Notes under the pieces: model-generated
The model's input: only the letters and a program-made list of their open reading frames with translations
What the model was told of the DNA's origin: nothing
The model's database searches: none
Source: Mobula hypostoma
Taxonomy: Eukaryota
Assembly (NCBI RefSeq): GCF_963921235.1
Contig: NC_086097.1
Coordinates: 136,588,001 to 136,652,000, forward strand
Direction of reading: 5' to 3'
DNA length: 64,000 nt
In this document: positions 39,766-51,560 of the stretch, piece by piece
Position numbering within the stretch: position 1 is the stretch's first letter
Layout: each line of letters opens with the position of its first letter
Made by a program: the position numbers and the translations under genes

Positions 39766-41994
39766 ACTGCAATATGTTTTGCCCAATCCTGACCGGTGCT
39801 GGCTCACGAGTGTACTTCAAGATTTGCTCCTGATTTAAGTCACTTGTGATATCTCTCCTATGGACGCTTCCTAACCTACACAAATACACTCTGTGCTGAA
39901 CTGTTCAAGGGACTGGTAGAAGGAGAGAGAGAAATGATAAGTGGCTGCACGGTGCATTTTCTCAGGGTCTGTCTTGGGAAACTGCAGTGTGTGCATGAAA
40001 GTTTTGATAGGATTGAAGAAACATTGTTTTCCTTCCCAGGACATTTCTGGAGTGGGAGAGGCAGAAAAGGTGAAAGAAAAGTTGCACAGAACAGGAGAGT
40101 GTGTTGTGGGGCAGAGCTTGCACTGTTACTGCTTTGCAACATGATATGTAACACATTCAGACAACCTGTTCTCAACGTGTTATCATGTGTGTGGTGAATT
40201 GTAATCTTTTAGTATGGCTGTGAGCCAGAAGTAAGGAAAGGAGAATTTTAAAGCTATTTGAAACATTGTGACCTTGGTCATTGAAATGAAAGCTCTGAGT
40301 TTCGGTTTTAACAGAACGCCAAAGAGCGAAGGTCAACATGAAGAATTGAGAACTTTAACAGGCATTTTGTGCCCAGATAATTTGGGGAAGGGAAGGTACT
40401 AAGTTCTCCAGAGCAAGATTTGTGTTGTTATATTAACAGGAGCCTCTTCTATTCAGCGTTGAATCACGGGTCATGTGTATGTGCTGCAGCTGAACCTGTG
40501 TGTGTCGCAGGCATGTGTGTATGCGTGTTAGTGTAGCCAGGATCCATGGAAATGCATCTCTGCCAGAATCCGCAACGGGGCTGGGCGTGAAGATGGGACC
40601 GCTAAAGCTGTGCCACGACACGTGATCCGGCAGCTTTGAACGGTCGCCGGCTCCGGACGGCCTGACTTTGGGAATGAGTTTTCAGCCAGCTTCCTGTGCC
40701 CAGCAGCCCCAAGCACAAGCTTTCAAAGGCAGACCTCACACACAGCCTCGTACTGATACAGTTCACTGGTAGAGCAGACATCAGTTGGCGATGAAAGGAC
40801 TGACTTTCAGTGCCTCAGTGAAATGAACATATTCCATGCTGGTTTCCGGCCATTAGAAGTTGAATAAACACCCTTATCTTTTTTTTTGCCTTTTTAATCA
40901 CACTGAGGGAGTGTACGGCAAATGGCATAATCCCCTCCATCCGTACAACCCTCCCCTGTCATCCAATTTCACTCCCTCATCGATCACTCTCATCTCGGCC
41001 ACTGGACGACGTGAGCTCTGGAATTCGCTCCCAAAGCCTCTTCTGCCCCCAGGATGATTGTTAAACCCTACATTACAGAGCCCTGGATTAAACGTAAAAC
41101 AGTATGGAACAGAAATGGGTCTCTCACTCCTTATAGTGAATATGGTGTCAGTTTAAACTGATCCCATTTGCCTGCGCATGATCCACGCCCTCCGTTCCCT
41201 CACTGTTCATGTGTCTGTCTAAATGCCACTTAAGTGTCACCCTCTTGTCTGCTTCCACCACCTCCCTTTCCAGGCATCCATTACTCTGTCTTTTTTTATT
41301 TAAAAAGAATTCCTTACCCCACACATTTCCTCTGTCTCCCATAGAAGGAGGTTAGCCTATTGAGTGGAGGTGTAGGTATTGTGAGGCACCATGGGGTGTT
41401 TGGCTGTGGGTAAGGGCGCTCTAGAATTGAGTTGTTCTACCGTTTCCCGCCGTGAAGGAGTGCGGTGGTTTACCCCAGTGGGCGTGCTGATTGAAGTATC
41501 GGTGTGTGGCAGAGAACTGATGGCGTGATCCCACGGCCTGGCCCATCAGCACATTCCACTTCTCATCTGCCTTCTGGTGTCCGAGCTTCGCCGCTCCAGT
41601 GACCCAGATAGAGGAAATGGAAATTTGGGCCTACAGGGAACTGGTGCAGAAGAGGTGTGAGGGCTGGGCAGATCAGAATAGGCTTTGGGGGCTGAATGGC
41701 CCACTCCTCCTACTCTTCTGTTTTCTGACCTAACTCTACTGGACGTCTGCAGTCCTCCAATTCTGATCTCTCGAATGAACCCAACTTTAATTGTTCCACG
41801 CTTGGATGTTGTGCCTGAGCTCCTCAGGTCTCCCCTCCCTGTCCCTGTGCACCTCCCGGTGCCTTTTACAAAGCAGTTGAGTCCCACCGCACAGAAATGG
41901 CGCTTCAGTCTGCCGTGTCCACGCCAACCCTCACTAATCGCATTTCTCCACGCCTCGACTCTACCTCCCATGCCACGCCACTCTAAGTGCCATA

Positions 41995-42265
41995 GGGCAG
42001 CACCGTGGCGTAGTGGTTAGCACAACGCTTTATGGTACAGGCGCCCCAGGTTCATTTCCTGCAGCTGCCTGTGAGAGGTTGTACATTCTCCCTGTGGTTG
42101 TGGCTTTCTACCAGGTGCACCGGTTTCCTCCCACAGTCTAAAGATCATCGGCACTGGTCACTGTAAATTGTCCGGTGATTGGGCTGGGATTAAGTTGGGG
42201 GATTGCTGGGTGTCATGGCTTGGAAGGGCCTACTCTGGGCTGTATCTCAATCAATAAATAAATAG
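41995..42265 (+). mobile_element. tRNA-derived V-SINE (HE1-like)
   Basis: A box GTGGCGTAGTGG, B-box-like GGTTCATTTCC, V-domain CCGGTTTCCTCCCACAGTCTAAAGA, tail GGAAGGGCCT...(TAAA)n. A second fragment lies at about 59570-59690. Confidence 0.85.
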
Positions 42266-43694
42266 TCTTTATCCAAATGCCACTTAAATGTGTGATTCCA
42301 TCACCACCTCTGGCAGCACACTCCAGATATCATTCACTCTTCGTAATAAAACAAAAATTACACCTTCCCTTGAAATCCCCTTCCAATACTCCTCCCTCTC
42401 ATCTTAAACCTATGCCCTCTTATTTTTAATAACTCTGCTATGGAAAATGATTCTGGCTATCAACCCAATCTGTGCTGCTTGTAATGTGATACATGCCTAC
42501 CAGGTCACCCCTCAACCTATGCTCCAGGGAAAACAAACTCAACTTATCCATTCTCCCCTCATAACTGAAGTCCTCCAATCCAGGCAAATCTCATCCGCAC
42601 TCAATCCGGCACAACCACTTCCTCGTTATAGTATGATGAACTGGTCTAATCGGTGCTTTGTAAAGTCACAACGTAATGTCCGGACTTTTATATTCTATGC
42701 CACTGGTACAAAGGTAAGCATGTCATGTGCCCTTTCCAGTACCCTCTGTCTGTACTGCCACCTTCACTGAATTCCAGATACCTTTGTTCATCAGCATTCC
42801 TTAACCTCTACCGTTTACTGTACACATCCTACCCCCAAAATGCATCACCTTGCACTAGCCGGGATTAAGTTACACCTGCCAGAGTCCTGCCCAACTTTCA
42901 GATCTCTTTCCTGCTATAGATCTTGGCAAGACACAAAACGTTGGAGGAACCCTGCAGGTCACGGCTCTGTGGAGGGAATAAATAGCCGATGTTTCAGGTG
43001 GAGACATTTTCATCAGTCCTGCTGTGTATTTCCAGCATCTGTAGAATCTCTCATATTTAGGTAACTTTAGACAACTTTCCTCATGATCAATAACACCAAC
43101 TTTGTGTCATCAGTAAGATTTACTAATCTTACCTCTTACATTGACAGCCAAGTTGTTACTATATTATCACAAACATCAAACAGCCCCAGCATCCATTGCT
43201 GTGGTATATTGTTAGTCATAGACCTCCAATCACAAAGGAACCCTGCTCCTTATCACCAAGCCAGTTTTGGATTTAATTAGCCAGCTTGTTTTGAATCACA
43301 CGTGTCTTAACTTTCTGGACCAACTACTATGCAAAACCTTGTCAAATACTGTACCTTACTAAAGTCCACATAAGACAGCATATACAAACTTTACTTCATC
43401 TGTCTTAGTTACCACCTCAGAAAAGTCAATCATGACTTCCCTTGTACAAAACCATACTGATGATTCCTGATCAGACCAGTGGGCTTATCCCTGCTGCTCT
43501 TCGTAAATAAGGGTACAACATTAACTATCCTCTAGTCTTCTGGTACCTCCACTGTGGCCAACACTGATGCAAAGATCTCTGTTAGGCCCCAGCTACTGTA
43601 TCTCCTCCCTTGCTTCCCAAAACATCCTGGGTTAAATCTGCTACAAATCTGACAACCTGACTTCATCCCCATTATTGTCTTCTTATCCTTCCAG

Positions 43695-43917
43695 TGAAGT
43701 ACATGAGGGAAGCCACGCCATACATTCGGAAGACCTCGCCAGTCTCTGAAATTGGATGGGAAACCCTTCCTCCAGAGTCGCCCAGACTTGGCTCAACTGC
43801 CTCAGAGTCTCCCTCCACACCTACGTTCTCTCTGCGCATGGAGTCCAAGGACAAGAGTATCCCGCTGAAGATGTGTTATGTTACCCGAAGCCTCACTGTC
43901 CCAGACCCAGAGAACAG
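43695..43917 (+). CDS. SNTB1: Beta-1 syntrophin, internal coding exon (probably exon 2): end of PDZ domain and C-terminal half of the split PH1 domain
   Basis: Acceptor ...tcttatccttccAG (43693-43694), donor AG|GTAATC (43918). Translation (V)KYMREATPYIRKTSPVSEIGWETLPPESPRLG...SIPLKMCYVTRSLTVPDPENR closely matches vertebrate SNTB1 as I recall it (VKYMREATPY..SPVSEIGWET.PPESPRLG..IPLKMCYVTRS..DPENR), better than SNTB2 or SNTA1. 223 nt, phase 1 to phase 2. Confidence 0.95.
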
Positions 43918-44169
43918 GTAATCCCCTCTTCCCACTGTCTAACTGTCTTTTATGAGTAAGCTGATTCTAAACTGGCTGAGATGAGGCTTAAGTATTGTCA
44001 AGTGATCAATGAGCAAATGTACTTCTGTGAACAGCAAAGCGTTGAGACTGTGCTTTTGTTAATTCTGTTGAAAGAGCTCTGGGTCACTGCGAGTTATGAT
44101 AACATAAGGAACAGTGAAGTAGAACTGAAAATTCTTAAACCCTCCATTCTGGTGGGGACGTTACACCAC

Positions 44170-44700
44170 ATTTCCACCTCCTCTCTCGACATTTCAGATG
44201 ATCTATTCTGCACTCAATGTATTGGTGCAGTCATGAAGAAGGCCTGCCAGCAGCCATATTTCAGTAGGAGTTTGAGGAAATTTTGTATGTCACCAAAAAC
44301 GCTATCAAATTTCTACAGATGTACTGTGGAGAGTATTCCAACCGGTTGTGTCATTGTCTGGTACGAAGGGGCCACTGCGCAGAGTTGGAAGAAGCTGCAG
44401 AGGGTTGTACACTCAGTCAGCTCCTTCATGGGCACTAATATCTCCACCATTGAGGGTATTTTCAAAAGACAGTACCTCAAGAAATGGCATCCATGATTAA
44501 GGGTCCTTACCATCCAAACATGCACTCGTTTCTTTGCCACCATCAGGGCAGAGGTACGCCTAATGTTTTAGGAACATTATCAGATTTCTGGACTGTCCGT
44601 GGCCTCACTATTTTGTCCTCTTTTTGCACTGTTTATTTATTATTGTAACTTGTAAAACAACAATTTCACGACAGTGGTAATAAATCTGATCCTGATTCTG
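44170..44700 (+). mobile_element. Rex1/Babar 3' fragment
   Basis: RSLRKFCMSPKTLSNFYRCTVESIPTGCVIVWY...KKLQRVV; tail AATAAATCTGATCCTGATTCTG. Confidence 0.8.
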
Positions 44701-44719
44701 AATCCACTTCCATCTCTTC

Positions 44720-45065
44720 ATTATTATATCTTCTGCATCCCCCCTGCGAGTTCTCTCACATCTCATTCTCCCCTCTTCCACTCACACTCTCCCTCCATCC
44801 TCTCTCTCGCTTCCTCTCCTTCCTTGCTCTCTTCATCCTTTCTCCTGCTTGTTTTCTCTCCCCTCACTCTGTATCCCTTCCTCTTTCTCCTGCTCCTCTC
44901 TTCCTACTTTCCTTCCTCCTGTCCCCTTGCTCTTTCTACCCTCTGTCTTTTCTCATTTCCTCTTGCTTCCTCTTTTTTAACCACTCGCACTATCACTTCT
45001 TCCCTCTCTATATTTCCTGCTACTGAATCCCACCTTCACCCTTTTCTTCTGTTTGCCTGTTCCCT
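44720..45065. repeat. Pyrimidine-rich low-complexity tract
   Basis: About 350 bp of almost only C and T on the + strand. Confidence 0.85.
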
Positions 45066-47191
45066 TTATTGTGCCTTGCCCTGATTTCACTGCTCCAACA
45101 TCTTTAGCCCTTTGTCACCTCCACCTATCACCTGCCAGCTTCTGTCAGCATTTCCACTCTACTCGCTCCCCCTTCTGTCCCTCCTCACCTGGATCCACCT
45201 ATCACCTGCCAGCGCTGTTCCGCCCCTTTCCTCCAGCTCTTTATACTGCCTGTCTTCCCTCAATCTGAGGGTCTTGTCACAACTCATCACCTATCCATTT
45301 ACCTCCATAGATGCTACCTGCCCTACCAAGTTCCTCGAATACCTTTTGTGTTACTCCAGTGTCCAACATCTGCGGTCTCTTGTGTCTGATCACTCATTCT
45401 GACGGTATCACTCATTTGCAGTACACCCCCCTCCTGCTTGTACTACTCATGTAAATTGTCAGGAAGCTGTGGTTTCCAGTACAAGTATTTGATGCTTCAT
45501 GAAGACACACCAATATCTGTATATTTAGAGCGTGCCTCTCTGGAAATACCACCAATACCGCAGAGGTACCACTTCTGCACGAATACAACTTCCCAGAACC
45601 AAAAAGGCTCTCCACATTGGATTGTTCAGCTGATAAGCCATCTCCTCTCAAGTGTTCTCTGTATGTGCATTTCTGTATCTGTAGCCTGTGAACTGGAACT
45701 GTTGATCTCCTACCCGTGTTTTGGCCCAAACTCGAGAGTGGAATGACTGCTGGTGTAAGAACATAGTTAACGTGAAGTTGTGGTTAACCAGAGTGAAGGA
45801 CAGTCGGCAAGCACTCTTTGCCTTTAAACTGGGGATTCACAACTTTTTTTATGCTGTGGAGCGTTACTATTAACCGAGGGGTGTGGATCCCAAATTGGGA
45901 AACACTGCAGTCTAAACGAAGAGTTGCAAGTTCACGTCCCAGTCTGGTGACTTGTCTGTGACATCCCACTGATAAAGAAGGGCTTGCATTTCATTCCAGG
46001 GGCTTGGGCTTTGTGGCATGCTGGCCCTCTGTGATGCTGTTGGGAGGCCATTTTTCATCGCACATGCACTCGTGCTGTTGCCAGTAAACAGGACTCTGAT
46101 GCAGTGTATTTGTGAGGTAGAAATTGTGGCTCCAATTTGCCCACATTGTCCATATGGCTTTACTAATTGGGATAACTACAAGTCAAGACAGAGGGGAGGA
46201 CATGTGCTGTCCGGAACAATGCCATGGTTTCATAGCTCATTGGGGGCATGGCAATTGATCTGTGAGTGGAGGTTGCCCTGCTGCCTGTAAACTGCAGAGC
46301 CCGAGGGTGAGATGCCCACTTCCTGATGTGGCATCTCGGGCTGTCTCGCTGGCAATGCTGCCACAGCTCTGCCATATCTTGCATGGGCTGCAGAAGAACA
46401 GAACCCACCTGCAGCTTCCCTGTCAGGTTGCACAGCATACAGTATATATCACAAGGTCAAGTCGTGGCACTGTTGGGAGTACCTTCACTCGAACTACAGA
46501 CATTCAAGAAGGCAGCTTGGAAACATAGTGGCACAGCTGGTAGGGCCTCGGCTCCGGAGTCCTGGGCTTGTGGCACTGGCTGTGTGGGATTGCATCCTCT
46601 CCCTGGGACCGTGTGCCTTTCATCATGTTGCTTCAGTTTCCAGCCACTTCCCAGCTCTGGCAGGTTAACTGGCTGCTGTAACTTGCCATGTGTTGTTGAA
46701 CGGGGAGAGGTTGATGGGAATGTGGAGGAAATAAATAATGGGATTAACGTAGGATTGGTGCCAGTGGGTGGTTGATGGTCAGTGGCTTGAAGAGCCTGTT
46801 TGTGCCGTATCTCCCTATGACTCCATAGCACCTCACCACTGCTTTCTAGAGAGCTGTGAGGGATGAACTGTAAATGCTAGCCATGCCTGTAGCACTACAG
46901 TACCACATAAAGGGAAAAGCTTCCCAACTTGACAGCTGTACCTCCATGAAGGTCAGCAGAACATCTTGCCTGCCATTCCCCTTAAAGTCACCCACCAACT
47001 AGGAAGCAGTTTGATTGACGTAAAGGATCCCAAGTCTAGAGAAACAAGGTGGGAGTGTGGAGAATCTTATCTCACAAACTCTAAATGCTGCGTCTAGAAT
47101 TCCTTCCTCCCTTCTGCGGTGGAAGATTGAACATAACCATTCACAATCAGATGTCCATAACTGACACAGTTTTAATTGTTGCTTTCTTTAG

Positions 47192-47399
47192 GCAGTTTGA
47201 GTTGCATTCACCCGACTGCAAGCACACAGTGGTGCTGAGGTGCAAAGATGCCCCTGCAGCCCACGCCTGGTTCAATACCATTCAGGCCAACGTCAACAGC
47301 CTGACATCCAAGGCCATCGCAGAGGTCAAAGATCAACTTGGCAGAACGGGGCTCCCTGGCTGCCGAGAGGTTCGGCACATGGGCTGGCTTGCGGAAAAG
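47192..47399 (+). CDS. SNTB1: Beta-1 syntrophin, internal coding exon (probably exon 3): rest of PH1 and start of PH2
   Basis: Acceptor ...gctttctttAG (47190-47191), donor AAG|GTAAGG (47400). Translation (R)QFELHSPDCKHTVVLRCKDAPAAHAWFNTIQANV...GCREVRHMGWLAEK. The first G completes the AG|G Arg codon from the previous exon. 208 nt, phase 2 to phase 0. Confidence 0.95.
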
Positions 47400-48019
47400 G
47401 TAAGGCCACGAGCGATTGTTGTTTGATCGTTGGGATGTTTTGCTGCGGGGCTTGGGGAAATGAAGATCCTGTTCAGACAATGGCAGCACAGTGTGAAAAT
47501 GTTGGAGGTTACTGGAGGTTAGTCTCTGCCCGGTCAGCTGCTTCCTGAATAATAATCGCTGCGCACAGAGATTGCCGGATTATGTTACGAGCTGTAAAAG
47601 TGCTTTATAAAGTTTCCCCTCATTCATCACCAAGCAGGTTTCATCCAATATATTTCTCAGATAACAGGAAGGTTTGAAGGTGGTGTCTGATTACATTTTT
47701 TATATTTTCATTGCTGCATTAGAGGCTATTCAGCCCATCAAACCTGTGATAGATCTTGGGGCATTTCCATCAGTTTACTTATTACCCTGTAAGATGGTGT
47801 GTCTCATGCTTATTAACGTTTGGAGTCGCAGAGCAGTAAAGCATAGAGGCAGGCCGTTCAGCCCAACCGGTCCATGCTGACCACAGTGCACACCCAGCTG
47901 GTCCCAATTTCCTGCATTTAGCCCACATCCCCCTCTGGTCCAACATTCCATCTACCTATCCAGTGCTGCTTAACTATCGCTGTACCTGTCTCAACCACTT
48001 CCTCTGGCAGCTCACTTCA

Positions 48020-49030
48020 CATAAGACCATAAATCGTAGGAGCAGAATTAGGCCATTTGGCCCATTGAGTCTGACCCATCATTCCATCGTGGCCGATTTA
48101 TTATTACGCCCACACCCATTCTTCTGCCTTCTCCCTGTAACCTTTGCCAAGCTTACTAATCAACAACGTATCCAGCCCTGCTTTAGATGTACCTAATGAG
48201 TTGGCCTCCACAGCCATCTGTGGCAATGAATTCCACAGATTTCCCACCCCCAGGCTGAAGAAGTTCCTCCTCCTCATTGCTCTAAAGGGGCATCCTTGTA
48301 TTGTGCCCTCTGGTCCTAGACTGCTCTCCACATCCACTCTATCTAGGCCTTTGAATATTCGGTAGGTTTCAGTTCTTCTAAACGCTAGCAAGTACAGGCC
48401 CAGAGCCACAAAATGCTCTTCATACATTAACCTATTCATTGCCGGGATCATTTTAGTGAGACTCCTCGGGACTCCCTCCAATACTGGCGCATTCTTTCCG
48501 AGAGGAGAGGCTCAGAATTTCTCACTGTATGCCAAGTGCAGTCTGACCAATGCCTTTTAAAGCCTCAGCATTACATTCTTGCTTTTATGTTCCAGTCCTC
48601 TTGAAATAAATGCTAACATTACATTTGCCTTCCTTACTACTGAATCAACTTGCAAGGTAACCTTTAAGGAATCCTACACGAGGCCTCCCTTTGTACTTCT
48701 GACTTCTGAATTTGCTCCTTTTGTAGAAAATAGTCGATGCCTTTATCCTTCCACCAAAGTGTATGACTGTACACAACACTACACTGTATTCCATCTGCCC
48801 AGTCTCCAAATCCATCCAAGTCCTTCTGCAAACTCCCTGCTTTCTCAACATTATCTGCCCCTCCACTTATCTTTGTATCTTCCACAATCTTGGCCACAAG
48901 CCAGTCAGTTCCATCATCCAGATCATTAACATACAGTGGGCCAAGCACTGAACCCTGCAGAACACCACTAGTCACCAGCAGCCAAACCGTAAAGGTCCCC
49001 TTTATTCCTATCCTTTGCCTTCTGCTGGTC
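48020..49030 (-). mobile_element. CR1 3' fragment
   Basis: TSGVLQGSVLGP, GLYLLAFRR and LWNSLP; CATAAGACCATA tail. Confidence 0.85.
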
Positions 49031-49319
49031 AGCTGCTGTTCTGTCTATACTCACCACCCTCTTCCCCAAGCCTCACCTGCAATGGCGTCAGGCTCGGGGT
49101 CACTTACAGTGGTCGATTAACCAACCAGGTTTGGGTGGAAATGGGAGCGCTGGGAGAACTTGCAAACGTCACGTGGTCAGGATTGAAGCTGAGGCAGTGA
49201 CAGCAGCACACACTGCAGTGCCACTCTTGCCCCATGGTGCATTTAAATCCAGTGCTTCCTGCCCCTGCTAATCTGCTAATCGGTTCACGGTAACCATGAG
49301 ATGCCGTGGCACAGGCCGG

Positions 49320-49850
49320 CTGGACCTCAGCAGGCAGCGTCGTCAACTCTGAACCAGAGGGTTGCGGGTTCAAGTCCTGCTATGGCGTGGTTAACACAGA
49401 ATGTGGCCTGACCTGTGGAGGGAATGCTGGAGTGTGCTGCTTTGGTGTCTCTCACGTGGGGTATAAAACTGAGGCTCTATCTTCTCCCTGTGTGTGGATG
49501 CAATGTCTCTCAGACCATTATAAAGAAGAGCAGGGATGTTCTCCAGGGGGTCTGGGGATTCCAGTATTTATCCAGTTCCCTGCTGAATCTGCCTCCACCA
49601 CCCTTTACAGCAGCATATGCCCTGGATCACTATACATTGTGTAAATGATTCTCCCTTACCCCTGGTTATCTGATTTATCAACACCAAGATCTAATAAATA
49701 TCACTGGACAATAGAGGTGGGAGAGCGGGAGCTTGCTGTGTCCATATTACCTGCCAGGTTTCCGATTGTAGAGCAGTGGGCAAACAGCAAGGCGTGACTG
49801 GTAGCTCTGTATGGTGCTTTGGCACATCCTGGAGGTCATGAGATCTGTGG
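49320..49850 (+). mobile_element. Deu-domain SINE (SacSINE1-like) with a tRNA-like head
   Basis: B box GGGTTCAAGTCC; Deu-like blocks AAACTGAGGCTCTATCT, AAGAAGAGCAGGG.TGTTCTCC and GGGAGCTTGCTGTG; 3' GCTTTGGCACATCCTGGAGGTCATGA. Small insertion near 49560-49670. Confidence 0.65.
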
Positions 49851-51189
49851 AACAACTACAAGAGCTACTTGACCCTTTGTATGGTGAAAGCTGTCTGAAA
49901 TGCGAACTCTTGACAACATTTGTTTCTTGCGCATTTTGTATTCATTTAGTTACTTTTCATTCTCTCCAGTTCAGTGTGAATCAATGTTTGTTCCGTATCT
50001 CAAGTTTTTTGGTCATGGTCGGTGAGTCCCTTCAGGGTGAACTGCTGTTTCCTGAACCGCAGTACGTTGTACGTACGTTGCGTGTTAGCGGATTGGAGAT
50101 GTAGATCTGCTGAAAGGAGAGCTACTGATAAAGCTGTGGGGTGGTTATCCAGAGCTGCTGTCGCAGCCAGAAGTTCTTGTCTGCTGCTTTCACATTGCAC
50201 ATCTCTTAAAACTATCAAAGACCTTTCCCACCTCAGTCATTCCCACTTCTCCCCCAAAAGACATACAAACTTTAAGATTGCAAACCAGCAGCTGTAAGAC
50301 TCTTGACTGCACCTCCTGTACAATAAAGGTGAACTTCTCATTCCACCTCGTCATGGCCCCGGAACCTTATTGTCTGCCTGCACTGCACTTTCTCCGTAAA
50401 TGTAACAGTATATTCTGCATTCTGTTATCGCTGTTCCTGTGATCTGTCACCATCAATGTTTTTCAAGGTATCTTCATACATATGACAATAATGCACCAAG
50501 TACCAAGAACCCCGAAATACCGGTGACATCCCACCAAGACTGGACTGTCCCAACCACTTCCCCAGCATCTGTTCACGTACTCCGACAGATTAGAGGTGAA
50601 TTAAGCAGGCTGTCATGTGGGAAAGCTTTCCAAGCATTAGCCTGGAGGCAAAGGCAAAGAACGTCAACATAGATCATATATTTTTCAAGCTAGTTAGGAA
50701 CATTGCATTCTGCTCATTTAGTGTGAATAAGAGACTACTCGGGAAGATCCAGGTTTGAAAGGATGAAGCAGTTCTCCTTTTAATAAGTCAGCTGGAAAAA
50801 TAAGGGATGGGAAAATTGTCAATTCCCCCAGTATTGAGAACTGAGCAGACTGGGGAAATGGTTGGTGTAAAGAGGAAAGGGGCAGTGACCAGTAGGTGAT
50901 AGGTGGATTAAGGAGGGATGAAGGAGTAATGGGCAGATAGAGCCAGGTAGGGGGGCAGAGGGGGTGGAATTGAGAAACAGAGGCAAGAGGGTTATGGGTG
51001 GAAATTTTTTTTTTAAAAAGGACTAATGGAACCAAGTGAGGGGAGGTTGAAGGTGGAGACGGGCTAGAGGGTGATAAATGGGGGCACGGAGGCTGCAAGT
51101 GCTTAATGTCCACAATTCCGCTTTTACTGCTGAGTTTAAATAGAATCTTTTTTTCTTGGTCAGCAGACAACCTGTTCTCCAGTGTCTGG

Positions 51190-51560
51190 GTTCTGAGAAT
51201 GACCAGTGATCCAATGTGGGGTCCATAGATGCCCCGTAGGACATGAACCATGAGATGGGGAGGGCGGCTGGAGGATGGCGAGATCTAGAGGTGGTAAACC
51301 CTGCCATTATTGCAAAGCTTCTGTTTTCCTGAAACATGGATCTAGAGATTCTCAGTGCCATCCAGAAAGCTCTTCCTCCACTTTGCTAGGTGGCCGGCTG
51401 GAGATTCCATAGTGGGGTTGTTGCACTTTCTGAAGGAGACTAAAGAAAGTCATTGAAGCTTTTCCTCCCTCCATCTTGATAATGTCTTGTCAAGATGGAG
51501 CTTGGAATTGAACATCTGTTGCAGGAATGCCAAGTTGGACATGAGTGTGTGGTCTACCCA
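51190..51560 (-). mobile_element. Old RTE-clade LINE 3' fragment
   Basis: Reverse complement resembles the RTE C-terminus (SFRKCN.P..WES...KWRKSF.DG.ENL); degenerate. Confidence 0.55.

Noticed and set aside
41995..42065. tRNA gene
   Set aside because: The A/B boxes continue into a V-domain and tail, and no proper cloverleaf is evident; it is a SINE head.
44674..45084. 136-aa Leu/Ser/Phe-rich, membrane-like ORF
   Set aside because: Artefact of a pyrimidine-rich low-complexity tract.
46018..46831. Cluster of overlapping ORFs of about 65-150 aa on both strands
   Set aside because: No recognisable domain or consistent splice signals; expected by chance in moderately GC-rich intron.
47085..47426. 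113-aa ORF as an independent gene
   Set aside because: Only 47192-47399 is syntrophin-like and bounded by splice sites; the flanks are intron read-through.
50055..50092. Short CpG-rich quasi-palindrome (CCGCAGTACGTTGTACGTACGTTGCGTGTTAGCGG)
   Set aside because: Stem too short and imperfect for a pre-miRNA; explained by a small local duplication of GTACGTTG.
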